Shown in pieces: positions 48,746-58,951 of a stretch of DNA of 64,000 nucleotides (its first letter is position 1; each line of letters starts with the position of its first letter). Made by a program: the position numbers and the translations under genes. The stretch is taken from NCBI GenBank assembly GCA_963664585.2, contig CAXXEO010000015.1:6597-70596 (forward strand). Direction: 5' to 3'. The notes under the pieces were generated by a model. The model saw only the letters and a list, made by a program, of their open reading frames with translations, did not search any database and was not told where the DNA came from. The stretch is from Oscillospiraceae bacterium (GTDB lineage: Bacteria; Bacillota; Clostridia; Oscillospirales; Ruminococcaceae).

Positions 48746-49915
48746 TTGCTGCTGGTTAAAAACTGCAATCTAATTGATATGGCGGGAATCTATGAAGAAA
48801 AATACGATCTATTAATTGAAGAGGGTAAAATCAAGGAGGTCGGCAAAAACATCAAGGCTGTGGAAGGATGGGACGTAATCGATGCGGCGGGAAGGCTTGT
48901 GACACCCGGCATTGTAGAATCCCATTGCCACACCGGATTTTCCGCTTGGGCGGCAGACGATGCTGACGTCAATGAAACAACCAATGCCGCTGTTCCCGGA
49001 ATCCGTGGAGTGGACGCTGTCAATCCAATGGACTTCTCATTCCGAAACGCACTGGAAAATGGAGTAACCACCTTGATTACCGGACCGGGCAGTTCCAATG
49101 TGATCGGCGGAACCTTTGTTGCGATTAAATCCTATGGGAAGACCGTAGAGGAATCTGTGATCAACCCCGAAATCTGTATGAAAATGGCGCTCGGAGAGAA
49201 CCCCAAACTTAACTATGGCAAAAGAGGAAAGGCACCCTCTACCAGAATGATGAGCGCCGCCCTCATACGAGAGCAGCTTTTCAAGGCAAAGGAATACCGC
49301 CAAAACTGGCAAAGCTATCAGGATAAAATTGCGGCCAGAGAAACAGCCAGCTTTACTTATGACATCCATCTGCATTCGCTGATGCGTGTGTTTGACGGGA
49401 TGCGTGTAAAAATCCATTGTCATCAGGCGGATGATATTATAACCGCAATGCGCATTGCTGATGAATTTGGGCTTCGATACACACTGGAGCATTGTACAGA
49501 AGGACATTTGATTTTAGATGAAATCAAAAAGAGAAACGCACAGTGCATTCTGGGGCCAATCGTCGGCGGCAAGGGGAAATTCGAGCTGCGCAATAAAACG
49601 GCGCAGATCGCAGGTATTTTTGAAAAAAACGGTATTGAATTCTCCATTACCACTGACAACGGCGTAATCCCCATGGATGGACTGCTCATGCAAGTGGCTA
49701 TTTTGGTTAAAAATGGACTTTCACGAAAAGGCGCTTTACGTGCTATTACCATTAATGCAGCGAGAGTGACCGATGTTGACGGCCGTGTCGGAAGCCTTGA
49801 GATCGGAAAAGACGCGGATCTCGTGATTTGGAACGTGGATCCTTTGGCGACCATGAGTGAGGTTGGTATGGTCATTGTCGATGGCAAGGTGAGATTTGAA
49901 AGAGAGGCTGTGTAA
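48746..49915 (+). CDS. metal-dependent amidohydrolase, paralog 1
   Basis: TTG start behind GGAGG. HxH motif intact (PGIVESHCHTG). C-terminal GSLEIGKDADLVIW. Confidence 0.8.
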   Translation: MLLVKNCNLIDMAGIYEEKYDLLIEEGKIKEVGKNIKAVEGWDVIDAAGRLVTPGIVESHCHTGFSAWAADDADVNETTNAAVPGIRGVDAVNPMDFSFRNALENGVTTLITGPGSSNVIGGTFVAIKSYGKTVEESVINPEICMKMALGENPKLNYGKRGKAPSTRMMSAALIREQLFKAKEYRQNWQSYQDKIAARETASFTYDIHLHSLMRVFDGMRVKIHCHQADDIITAMRIADEFGLRYTLEHCTEGHLILDEIKKRNAQCILGPIVGGKGKFELRNKTAQIAGIFEKNGIEFSITTDNGVIPMDGLLMQVAILVKNGLSRKGALRAITINAARVTDVDGRVGSLEIGKDADLVIWNVDPLATMSEVGMVIVDGKVRFEREAV

Positions 49916-49916
49916 G

Positions 49917-51056
49917 ATGTTCATCATTAAGAATTGTAATTTGATCAATATGGCGGACATTTTCGAACAGCCCAAAGACCTGATCATTGAAGATGGAAAA
50001 ATTAAAGAGATTGTGGACTGCGGGACATTTCCGGACTTTCAGGGCGCTGAGACCATCGATGCGGGCGGATGCTATGTAACACCCGGTTTTGTTGAGCCTC
50101 ATTGTCAAGTAGGCGTCAAAGAGCAGGTATATCGCTTTGAAGGCAATGATGCTGATGAGGTGAGTGGTCCGATTTTACCCCAGCTTCGTGCGATTGATGC
50201 GATCAACCCGGGCGACGAGGGCTTCCAGATGGCATTAAAAGGTGGAGTCACTACTGTTATAACAGGCCCGGGAGATTCGAACCTCATAGGCGGAACCTTT
50301 GCAGCCGTCAAAACCTTTGGCGAAACGGTCAGCGATATGGTAATCGAAGACGAAATTGCTTTTAAAATGGTTTTGGGAAATGAGCCCAAGAATGCATACG
50401 GCAGCAAGGGTAATATGCCAAAAACCAGAATGGCGTCTGCAAGCTTAATACGCGAAGCACTTTATAAGGCAAAAGAATATTATGGGAACTACAAAAGCGC
50501 TCAATCGCAAAAATTTGATATCAAAATGCATTCACTCATGAGAGTGTTTGATGGCATGCTGGTGAAAATTAAAGCGAATCAGGCCAATGATATCATGACG
50601 GCCATCAGACTGGCCGAGGAATTTGGTCTAAATTACACGATAGACGAGTGTTGCGACGCCCATTTGATTCTCCAACAGCTTAAAGACCACAATGTGAAAT
50701 GTATTGTCGGACCGCTCTATGGTTCAATTCATGACTATGAGCACAGAAACAGGAATGCTGCTGCTGCCGGTGTTTTAGAGCAAAATCAGATACCATTCGC
50801 TGTTTCTACGGGTCATCCTGCCATGAACCAGGAATTAACGACTGTACAGCTGGCTATCTTGCATAAAAAGGGCTTGTCCCGCAAGAAGGCATTTCAAGCG
50901 GCCACGATAGACGCAGCCAGACTAGTCGGACTTGAAAACCGTATAGGCAGCCTTGAGATCGGTAAGGATGCTGATATTGTGATCTGGGACGGGGATCCGC
51001 TGGATTATTACTCTTCAGCAGTCAAAGTGATTATTAATGGAAAAATAGCGCTCTAG
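49917..51056 (+). CDS. amidohydrolase-fold protein, paralog 2, with a degenerate HxH motif
   Basis: Collinear with paralog 1 (KNCNLINMADIF..., GSLEIGKDADIVIW), but the metal motif reads PGFVEPHCQVG. Confidence 0.78.
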   Translation: MFIIKNCNLINMADIFEQPKDLIIEDGKIKEIVDCGTFPDFQGAETIDAGGCYVTPGFVEPHCQVGVKEQVYRFEGNDADEVSGPILPQLRAIDAINPGDEGFQMALKGGVTTVITGPGDSNLIGGTFAAVKTFGETVSDMVIEDEIAFKMVLGNEPKNAYGSKGNMPKTRMASASLIREALYKAKEYYGNYKSAQSQKFDIKMHSLMRVFDGMLVKIKANQANDIMTAIRLAEEFGLNYTIDECCDAHLILQQLKDHNVKCIVGPLYGSIHDYEHRNRNAAAAGVLEQNQIPFAVSTGHPAMNQELTTVQLAILHKKGLSRKKAFQAATIDAARLVGLENRIGSLEIGKDADIVIWDGDPLDYYSSAVKVIINGKIAL

Positions 51057-51198
51057 TATAGATTCAGAATATGCAAGGCTAAGATTTTACAGAGTGCTAG
51101 CAAATATTAAAATTTTGCATGTATACAGCTTGTATATCTGTGGCAGCGAAGAAAATACCCATTGGACATAAAATGACGGATGAAAAACTAGCATGCAT

Positions 51199-51233
51199 GC
51201 GGAGAAGCCCTTTCAGGGGATAGGCTTCTCCGC
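51199..51233 (+). terminator. hairpin after the first ABC/amidohydrolase operon, no clear T-run
   Basis: GCGGAGAAGCC-N13-GGCTTCTCCGC. Confidence 0.45.
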
Positions 51234-51259
51234 AATAGCTTTGCCCATTCAATTTGTCA

Positions 51260-51365
51260 TATAGTTGATTAACTTGAAAACAAGCTTGCGATTTCTTCCC
51301 CCGCCGAAGGCGGGGGAAGAAAATGACGTTATATATATAGCCAGTTTTTAAGTTAATTGGCTATA
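51260..51365 (-). repeat. F1 repeat copy, orientation B
   Basis: Near-consensus. The loop reads GAA on the top strand. Confidence 0.9.
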
Positions 51366-51507
51366 GATCACGCCAGTCTGCATACAGGATGATTGGACAA
51401 AAGACTGTGAATATAGTTTTTTTGCTAATTTCTCAAGAATCATAGACACAAAGCCATTATTAATAAAAAATGTATCAAAAGGTAACTGAGAAAGGAAACA
51501 ACAAAAA

Positions 51508-52779
51508 ATGCTGGATCAAAAAATTTATAACGAGTACATTGCTATTTTGGAAGAAGAACTCATCCCCGCTCTGGGGTGTACTGAGCCGATTGCGATTGCC
51601 TACGCGGCGGCGAAAGCAAGAGAGGTGCTGGGTGATCTTCCTGAGAAGATCATTGCAGAATGCAGTGGCAATATTATTAAGAATGTAAAAGGCGTCACTG
51701 TTCCAGGGACCGGAGACATGAAAGGCATTGAGACTGCCGCGATTTTGGGGGCAGTGTGCGGCAATTCTTCCAAAAAGCTGGAGGTGCTTGCCGAAGTAAA
51801 GCCTGCAGATGTTCTGTATGCAAAAGAACTTGTAGAAAAGAATATCTGCGAGGTTCGTCTCATCCCGAATGTCGCCGGATTAAACATCGTGATTCACGCC
51901 ATCAAAGGGGATGAAAGTGTAGTCGTAGAGCTGTTCGGCTCACATACTAATATTGTGAGAATCGAAAAAGACGGCCAAGTCATTTTAAAAACCGATCCCA
52001 ACTGTTCAAACGCCAATGCACCGGATCATAGTCTTCTGAATTTAATAGATATCTATAAATTTATAGAAGAAGTGAATATTGAGGATATAAAACTGGTACT
52101 TGACCGCCAAATTGAATTCAATATGAATATCGCAGAAGAAGGACTGCATCATCACTATGGTGCCAATGTGGGCGCAACTTTGCTCAAGCATTATGGCGAT
52201 GATGTCAAGGTGCGCGCCCGAGCTTATGCTGCTGCCGGCAGCGATGCCAGAATGGGAGGATGTGCACTTCCCGTTGTGATTAATTCAGGCAGTGGAAACC
52301 AAGGTCTGACCGCTTCTCTGCCTGTTGTCCTCTATGCCAAAGAATTGGGTGCCAGTAAAGAAGCCACTTATCGTGCGCTGGCTTTGAGCAATCTGGTAGC
52401 CATCTATCAAAAAAACGGACTGGGCAAGCTGAGTGCATACTGTGGGGCGGTTTCAGCAGCATGCGGCAGCGCAGTCGCGATCACCTATCTCATGGGTGGA
52501 GACCGTGAAGCCATGGGCAGAAGTGTGACTAATACGTTGGGCAATGTTTCAGGAATTGTATGCGACGGCGCAAAATCCTCCTGCGCTGCAAAAATCGCCT
52601 CTTCATTGGATGCGGCGATCATGGCAAGCATGATGGCCATGGACAATGAAGTGTTTGGTGTCAACGAGGGTCTGGTGAAGGGAAATGTGGAAGACACCAT
52701 CAGAAGCATCGCCAGAATGGGGCGCGATGGTATGCGCGATACTGATATAGAGATCCTGAATATTATGATTGGGAAATAG
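51508..52779 (+). CDS. UPF0597 / L-cysteine desulfidase family protein
   Basis: LIPALGCTEPIAIAYAAAKA N-terminal motif and GIVCDGAKSSCAAK. 423 aa. Confidence 0.8.
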   Translation: MLDQKIYNEYIAILEEELIPALGCTEPIAIAYAAAKAREVLGDLPEKIIAECSGNIIKNVKGVTVPGTGDMKGIETAAILGAVCGNSSKKLEVLAEVKPADVLYAKELVEKNICEVRLIPNVAGLNIVIHAIKGDESVVVELFGSHTNIVRIEKDGQVILKTDPNCSNANAPDHSLLNLIDIYKFIEEVNIEDIKLVLDRQIEFNMNIAEEGLHHHYGANVGATLLKHYGDDVKVRARAYAAAGSDARMGGCALPVVINSGSGNQGLTASLPVVLYAKELGASKEATYRALALSNLVAIYQKNGLGKLSAYCGAVSAACGSAVAITYLMGGDREAMGRSVTNTLGNVSGIVCDGAKSSCAAKIASSLDAAIMASMMAMDNEVFGVNEGLVKGNVEDTIRSIARMGRDGMRDTDIEILNIMIGK

Positions 52780-52995
52780 GGATACGCAACAAATTTTTAT
52801 GTATTTTTAATTTTTGTGCTATAATTAGAAAATGGATAATTTTGATAAATTATAAACTGCTAATATTCTCTTTTTTTAATGAAAAGATATATAGAAGGAA
52901 TATATCGCATACTTTTGTGTATATATTGCAAATTACGCTCATTAATTTGTGAGTTTATATGAATTTAGCCAAACTTTTTCTGATAGCTATATACG

Positions 52996-53015
52996 TTTTA
53001 TGCATTGTACAAATT
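52996..53015 (+). promoter_or_regulatory. 20-nt motif TTTTATGCATTGTACAAATT, copy 2
   Basis: Exact copy of 41976..41995, same orientation, in the 640-bp AT-rich region upstream of the second ABC operon. Confidence 0.5.
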
Positions 53016-53207
53016 ATTAACCTAGTGATAAGATTAATAGTGTCTGTTTGCCGAGTTTTCGAGAAATTTAAACATCTTCATAACTAGGATCTAATGGGCA
53101 GAGCATAAGCCTATGAGAAAAATGCATGACTCGAAAATATGATCGGCGGTTAAGAAAATGACAAGGATTTTATTGAATGACATGTGGCACTCTTTTGCAT
53201 GAAAATA

Positions 53208-53241
53208 TTGACAAGCCTGCAAGGTGCTATTATAATAGCAC
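53208..53241 (+). promoter_or_regulatory. consensus promoter TTGACA-17-TATAAT overlapped by an 18-bp perfect palindrome
   Basis: TTGACA 53208-53213, TATAAT 53231-53236. GTGCTATTATAATAGCAC spans 53224-53241. Confidence 0.55.
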
Positions 53242-53249
53242 ACATAGCA

Positions 53250-53285
53250 AAGGTGCTGCAGGTTTTTATCTGTAGTACCTTTTTT
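53250..53285 (+). terminator. leader hairpin plus T-run (attenuator candidate)
   Basis: AAGGTGCTGCAG-N8-CTGTAGTACCTT (two G-U pairs) followed by TTTT. It starts within about 10 nt of the predicted transcription start. Confidence 0.4.
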
Positions 53286-53418
53286 AATAAAATCATTCTA
53301 GCTACAAGTATTGTGACAAATACACTTAGAAGAATTCAGTGTGCTTAAAACAGTGATATGCCTGTCAATCTTTTATTTTGGGTTTCCTACATCACATTTA
53401 ATATATTGGAGGTAAAAA

Positions 53419-54957
53419 ATGAAAGGTCTCACAAAAATCCTAGCGCTTACGCTCTGTATGGCGATGCTGCTGACCGCCTGTAGCTCAGGTACTGCGTCCA
53501 GCTCTTCAAAATCGCAGGCGTCCTCCCAGACAACAGTGAAAGATACCCTGACAGTCGCACTTAAAAGCGAAGCGACAAATCTGGATCCTCATAACAATAC
53601 CAGCTTAAATTCGTTTATGATCGAAAACCTGATTTATGACCGCTTAGTTGACAAGAACACGAAAGGCGAAATCGTTCCGATGCTCGCTACCAAATGGGAA
53701 GTGCTCGACTCAACCACCATCAGATTCTTCCTTCGCAATGATGTGGTCTTCTCGAATGGTGAGAAGCTGACGGCTGAAGACGTCAAGTACACCATCGCCC
53801 GTGCTGAGGTTATGACCGCCAGCAAAACCTACTTCTCGAGCTTTGACGGGGCAAACACAAAGGTAATTGATCCCTATACCATTGATATTAAGATGAAGAC
53901 CCCCTTCGCGCCTGTATTCAACTATCTTGCCTCTGCCCGCGGAAATATCGTCTGTAAGAAGACGATGGAAGCCGTAGGAAGCGATGCATACGGAAGAAAC
54001 CCGGTTGGCTCTGGTAAGATGAAATTCTCCAAATGGGTTTCGGGCGACCGTATTGAGCTGGTCAGAAATGACAGCTATTGGGGCACCAAGCCCTCATACA
54101 AAAATCTTGTTCTTCGCGTAATTATCGAGCCCGCCAACCGCGCCATTGAACTTGAGACCGGCGGCGTTGACATTTCTTTCGGTATTGATCCCGGTGATAT
54201 GGATAGGCTGGAAAAGAACAAAGATACCAAAATCGTAGAAGGACCCGGATATGGTTACGGATATTTTGCTTTCAATACAATGAAATTTGATCTTTTTAAA
54301 GATATCAGAGTCAGAGAGGCGCTCTCTATTGCGCTTGACATCCCCACGTTAGTCGATTCCGTTTATAAGGGAAATGCGGAAGTGGCCAACAGTGTTCTCA
54401 ACAGCAAAATTTTCTCTTATGTGAATTCAGGCACAATCAAATATGATCCAGAAAAAGCAAAGTCCTTGTTAAAAGAAGCCGGTTTTGATTTCTCAAAGGT
54501 TATCACGATCAGCACAAATGAAGATGTAGCTGCAAAGGATGCTGCTGAAATTGTCCAAAGCATGTGGAAGAAAATCGGCGTTAACGCGCAAATCGAAAGC
54601 TATGACTTGGCTACAATGGCTTCAAAAACCACCGCTGGCGCTTTGATGTTCTACTTCCAACAATCCTCTGCTGCTACCGGTGACCCGGATCAGGGGATGG
54701 CTCTTTGGATCAGCAAAACATCTTTTGTCCATGATGAAAAGGCGATCTTTGACGCCTGTGCTCTTGGTAAAGCTACCTATGACACCAAAGAAAGAGCGAA
54801 AATATATGAAACAGCTCAAAAGCTGGCTTGGGACTACCACGGCCAAATTCCGATTTCATATGTGAACGTTGTCTATGGCACACGCGCCAATGTGCAGAAT
54901 CTTGATCCGCATCCGGGTTCTACACCTGATCTTTCCTTGATCACTTTTACCAAATAA
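53419..54957 (+). CDS. ABC transporter substrate-binding lipoprotein, family 5
   Basis: Lipobox LLTACSSG. 512 aa. Confidence 0.88.
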   Translation: MKGLTKILALTLCMAMLLTACSSGTASSSSKSQASSQTTVKDTLTVALKSEATNLDPHNNTSLNSFMIENLIYDRLVDKNTKGEIVPMLATKWEVLDSTTIRFFLRNDVVFSNGEKLTAEDVKYTIARAEVMTASKTYFSSFDGANTKVIDPYTIDIKMKTPFAPVFNYLASARGNIVCKKTMEAVGSDAYGRNPVGSGKMKFSKWVSGDRIELVRNDSYWGTKPSYKNLVLRVIIEPANRAIELETGGVDISFGIDPGDMDRLEKNKDTKIVEGPGYGYGYFAFNTMKFDLFKDIRVREALSIALDIPTLVDSVYKGNAEVANSVLNSKIFSYVNSGTIKYDPEKAKSLLKEAGFDFSKVITISTNEDVAAKDAAEIVQSMWKKIGVNAQIESYDLATMASKTTAGALMFYFQQSSAATGDPDQGMALWISKTSFVHDEKAIFDACALGKATYDTKERAKIYETAQKLAWDYHGQIPISYVNVVYGTRANVQNLDPHPGSTPDLSLITFTK

Positions 54958-54991
54958 GATTTCCTTGCGTTCGCCATAAAATCATCGTTAG

Positions 54992-55023
54992 GCAGAGCCG
55001 CCAGCTCTTACTGGAGGCTCTGC
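54992..55023 (+). other. stem-loop just after the binding-protein gene, no T-run
   Basis: GCAGAGCC-N16-GGCTCTGC. Confidence 0.5.
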
Positions 55024-55075
55024 TCTAACATGTAAGACTATTTCAATGTTTAAATGCTTCTAAGGAGTGAACCAA

Positions 55076-56086
55076 GTGTACAAGTATATAGTCCGAAGGC
55101 TCTTTTTGATGATCCCTGTGCTTTTAGGGGTCATGTTTTCGATCTTTCTGCTTCTTGAGATGACGCCCGGCGATCCTGCGCGTCTATTGCTGGGGCAGGA
55201 TGCAACCGATGAGGCTGTCGAAATCCTGAGAGAGGAGCTCGGTCTGAACAGACCGTTTCTGATAAGATTTGGGGATTTTGTATTTAAAGCGGTAACGAAA
55301 TTTGATTTTGGAACGTCATATAGTACAAAGCAGCCGGTCACTGTTGAGATCTTAGAGAGATACCCTGCCACACTGCTTTACGCGACACTGTGCATCGGAA
55401 TCTCGGTTTTAATCGGAATTCCTTTGGGAATTATTTCTGCTACAAAGCAGTATTCAATCTTCGACAATGTGGCCATGACATTTGCTCTTTTGGGTGTATC
55501 CATGCCGACATTTTGGTTCGGTCTTATGCTAATCCTTTTGTTTTCAGTAAACCTGGGCTGGTTCCCGGCCTCGGGATTTTATGGACCTGCTTATTGGGTT
55601 CTTCCCTCTTTGACGGTAGGTATCAGTTCATCGGGTACCATTACCCGTATGACCAGATCCAGTATGCTTGAGGTTGTCAGGCAGGATTATATCAGAACAG
55701 CCCGAGCAAAGGGTCAGTCTGAAAATGTAATCATTTTTAAACACGCGCTTAAAAATGCTCTGATTCCCATTATAACGGTCATCGGCATTCAGTTCGGGGC
55801 AAGCCTTGGTGGTGCGATTATATCAGAGCAGATCTTCTCAATCCCCGGGATCGGAAAGCTGATGGTTGACGCAATTAAAGCCAGAAACTTTCCTGTTGTT
55901 CAGGGTGGCGTACTTAGCATCGCGTTGGTATTCAGCCTTGTGAATCTAATTGTTGATTTGCTGTATGCCTTTATCGATCCCAGAATCAAATCACAGTTTA
56001 GCGTAAGCAAGAAGACAAAAAAAATTGCCGCTTGTGCTGTCCCTGGCGGAGATTCAACGATTTCTAAGCAAGGAGGTGTGAGTTAA
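55076..56086 (+). CDS. ABC transporter permease (DppB type)
   Basis: ORF 55067..56086. The likely start is GTG 55076 behind AAGGAG (MYKYIVRRLFLMIPVLLG). Confidence 0.88.
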   Translation: MYKYIVRRLFLMIPVLLGVMFSIFLLLEMTPGDPARLLLGQDATDEAVEILREELGLNRPFLIRFGDFVFKAVTKFDFGTSYSTKQPVTVEILERYPATLLYATLCIGISVLIGIPLGIISATKQYSIFDNVAMTFALLGVSMPTFWFGLMLILLFSVNLGWFPASGFYGPAYWVLPSLTVGISSSGTITRMTRSSMLEVVRQDYIRTARAKGQSENVIIFKHALKNALIPIITVIGIQFGASLGGAIISEQIFSIPGIGKLMVDAIKARNFPVVQGGVLSIALVFSLVNLIVDLLYAFIDPRIKSQFSVSKKTKKIAACAVPGGDSTISKQGGVS

Positions 56087-56980
56087 TTGGACACTCAAAA
56101 TGTAGCCGCTTCTGTTGAAACAAAAAAACCACACAAAAAAAAGAGCCAGTTTAAAGAGATATGGAAGAGATTTACAAGAAACAAAATGGCAGTTTTTGGA
56201 CTCTTGGTTTTATCACTGATGATCTTTGTCTCAGTCTTTGCTGATGTAATCGCACCATATGATTTCGATGCCCAAGATTTAACGGCGAAATTTCTTTCGC
56301 CGAGTGCTGCTCATCTTATGGGTACAGATAACTTCGGCCGAGATATATTTAGCAGAATTTTATATGGTTCCAGAGTTTCGCTGCAGGTCGGTTTGATTTC
56401 GGTCGGAATCGGCGCCATAATCGGCGGAGCGATGGGAGCAGTGGCCGCTTTTTACGGCGGATATGCTGACACGATTATTATGCGTATCGTCGATATTATG
56501 ATCGCGATGCCCGGTATATTGCTGGCGATTGCGATCTGTGCCGCACTGGGACCTGGAATGGTAAATACAATGATTGCGGTCGGAATCAGTTCTGTGCCCA
56601 CATATGCCCGAGTTGTCCGATCCTCGGTGCTGACAATCAAGCAACAGGAATTTATCGAGGCGGCAAGGGCAATTGGTGCCAATGACGGCCGTTTGATTCT
56701 TCGTCATATTATTCCCAACTCTCTCGCACCCATCATCGTTCAGGCCTCTTTGGGTGTTGCGAGAGCGATTCTGGCTGCTGCAAGCATGAGCTTTATCGGT
56801 CTGGGCATTCAGCCGCCTAACCCCGAATGGGGTGCCATGCTTTCTGCGGGGCGAGGCTATATCAGAAATTACCCTCATATGGTTTTCTACCCCGGCCTTG
56901 CCATTATGATCACAATCTTTTCAATGAATCTTTTGGGTGACGGTCTTCGCGATGCGTTAGATCCTCGTCTGAAGAGATAG
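56087..56980 (+). CDS. ABC transporter permease (DppC type)
   Basis: TTG start. LMGTDNFGRDIFSRILYG and AARAIGANDGRLILRHIIPN. Confidence 0.88.
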   Translation: MDTQNVAASVETKKPHKKKSQFKEIWKRFTRNKMAVFGLLVLSLMIFVSVFADVIAPYDFDAQDLTAKFLSPSAAHLMGTDNFGRDIFSRILYGSRVSLQVGLISVGIGAIIGGAMGAVAAFYGGYADTIIMRIVDIMIAMPGILLAIAICAALGPGMVNTMIAVGISSVPTYARVVRSSVLTIKQQEFIEAARAIGANDGRLILRHIIPNSLAPIIVQASLGVARAILAAASMSFIGLGIQPPNPEWGAMLSAGRGYIRNYPHMVFYPGLAIMITIFSMNLLGDGLRDALDPRLKR

Positions 56981-56995
56981 AATAGGGGTATGCCA

Positions 56996-57979
56996 ATGAA
57001 ACTGCTTGAAGTAAAAAATACTACAATCCATTATATAACCGATGATGGGACAGTAAAGGCCGTAAACGGCATTAATTTGGATATTGCAAAAGGCGAGACA
57101 TTGGGTTTGGTTGGTGAAACGGGTGCTGGGAAAACGACAACCGCATTGGGAATTTTAAGGTTGGTACCAGATCCGCCCGGCAAAATGCTCAGCGGTGAAA
57201 TACTATTTGAAGGCGAAAATCTTCTTGAAAAAACTGAATACGAAATGAGAAAGATCAGGGGAAACAAGATATCCATGATATTTCAGGACCCCATGACCGC
57301 TCTTAATCCGGTTCTCACAGTGGGCGACCAGATAGCAGAGGTGATTCATCTACACCAGAAGATAAGCCGTACCGAAGCCGTACAAAAGGCCTGTCATATG
57401 CTGGAACTGGTTGGCATCCCCCCCGAAAGAATTTCGGATTATCCGCATCAGTTTTCAGGTGGCATGAAACAACGTGTGGTCATAGCCATTGCTCTGGCCT
57501 GCAATCCAACCCTGTTGATAGCCGACGAACCAACCACCGCTCTGGATGTCACCATTCAGGCACAGGTCATTGAGATGATGGACCATTTAAAGAAAGAGCT
57601 TGGCACCTCTACCCTCTTGATCACCCATGATCTTGGCGTCGTGGCAGAGATGTGCGACCGCGTGGCAATTATGTATGCAGGTGAAATCGTGGAGAGTGGA
57701 ACGCTGGAACACGTTTATAATCATACATCTCATCCGTACACCAAGGGACTTTTTGGTTCGATACCCAATCTGATTGACGATGTCGACCGTTTAAATCCTA
57801 TCCATGGTTTGATGCCCGATCCCACCAACCTGCCCAGCGGATGTACATTTCACCCGCGTTGTCCATATAAAATGGCAGCCTGTGAAATCACCAACCCCCC
57901 TGTGATAGAGACAGAAGAAGGGCATAAGGTCAAGTGTCTGCTCTTTTCTGCGAAGGAAGAAGGTGCTTTGAATGGATAA
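56996..57979 (+). CDS. ABC transporter ATP-binding protein (DppD type)
   Basis: [28 protein letters not shown]. Confidence 0.9.
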   Translation: MKLLEVKNTTIHYITDDGTVKAVNGINLDIAKGETLGLVGETGAGKTTTALGILRLVPDPPGKMLSGEILFEGENLLEKTEYEMRKIRGNKISMIFQDPMTALNPVLTVGDQIAEVIHLHQKISRTEAVQKACHMLELVGIPPERISDYPHQFSGGMKQRVVIAIALACNPTLLIADEPTTALDVTIQAQVIEMMDHLKKELGTSTLLITHDLGVVAEMCDRVAIMYAGEIVESGTLEHVYNHTSHPYTKGLFGSIPNLIDDVDRLNPIHGLMPDPTNLPSGCTFHPRCPYKMAACEITNPPVIETEEGHKVKCLLFSAKEEGALNG

Positions 57980-58934
57980 GCTGCTGGAAGTAAAAAATCT
58001 AAAGAAGTATTTTAAAACACCACGTGGAATGCTCCACGCAGTGGACGGAGTCAGCTTTTCGATTGAAAAAGGGAAAACCCTCGGCGTGGTGGGAGAATCC
58101 GGCTGTGGAAAATCCACGCTTGGCAGAGTTGTGCTCAATCTTCTGGACGCTACAGACGGCGAAATATACTTCGAAGGCGAATGCGTTGGCGGAGCAAAGG
58201 GCAAAAAATTGGCAGAGCTGCGCCATAAGATGCAAATCATCTTTCAGGACCCTTTCTCATCATTGAATCCTCGTATGTCTGTCAGCGAGATTATTGGAGA
58301 ACCACTGAAGATATATAATATGTGCAAAACCAAGGATGAGTACTACGCCAGAATTGCCGAACTTATGGAGACGGTAGGTCTTGCCGAAAGGCTTGAAAAC
58401 GCCTACCCGCATGAGTTGGATGGTGGCCGCAGGCAAAGAGTAGGAATTGCAAGAGCACTGTCACTGGATCCAAAATTTATTGTCTGCGATGAGCCGGTCT
58501 CGGCTTTGGATGTTTCTATTCAGGCGCAAATACTCAACCTTATGCAGGACCTTCAAAAGCAACATGGTCTTACCTATATGTTTATTACACACAATCTTTC
58601 TGTGGTCAAGCATATTTCCAATGATATTCTTGTCATGTATCTTGGCAATGTTGTGGAAAAATGCGACGCAAAAGAATTGTTCCGTACTCACTATCATCCT
58701 TATACGCAAGCCTTGCTGTCCGCGATACCCATTCCTGCCATTGGTATGCACAAAGAACGGATTCTTCTCAAGGGAGAAATTTCTTCGCCAATAAATCCAA
58801 AACCAGGATGTCGGTTTGCTGCCCGTTGCCCCTATGCAACCGATTTGTGCACAACCCAGCAGCCTGAGCTGATAGAGCTTTCGCCAAATCATTTTGTTGC
58901 GTGCCATCATGTGAAAGAAATAAACAGCCTGTGA
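57972..58934 (+). CDS. ABC transporter ATP-binding protein (DppF type)
   Basis: [28 protein letters not shown]. Confidence 0.9.
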   Translation: MDKLLEVKNLKKYFKTPRGMLHAVDGVSFSIEKGKTLGVVGESGCGKSTLGRVVLNLLDATDGEIYFEGECVGGAKGKKLAELRHKMQIIFQDPFSSLNPRMSVSEIIGEPLKIYNMCKTKDEYYARIAELMETVGLAERLENAYPHELDGGRRQRVGIARALSLDPKFIVCDEPVSALDVSIQAQILNLMQDLQKQHGLTYMFITHNLSVVKHISNDILVMYLGNVVEKCDAKELFRTHYHPYTQALLSAIPIPAIGMHKERILLKGEISSPINPKPGCRFAARCPYATDLCTTQQPELIELSPNHFVACHHVKEINSL

Positions 58935-58951
58935 TTAAAGGAGTGGAACAC

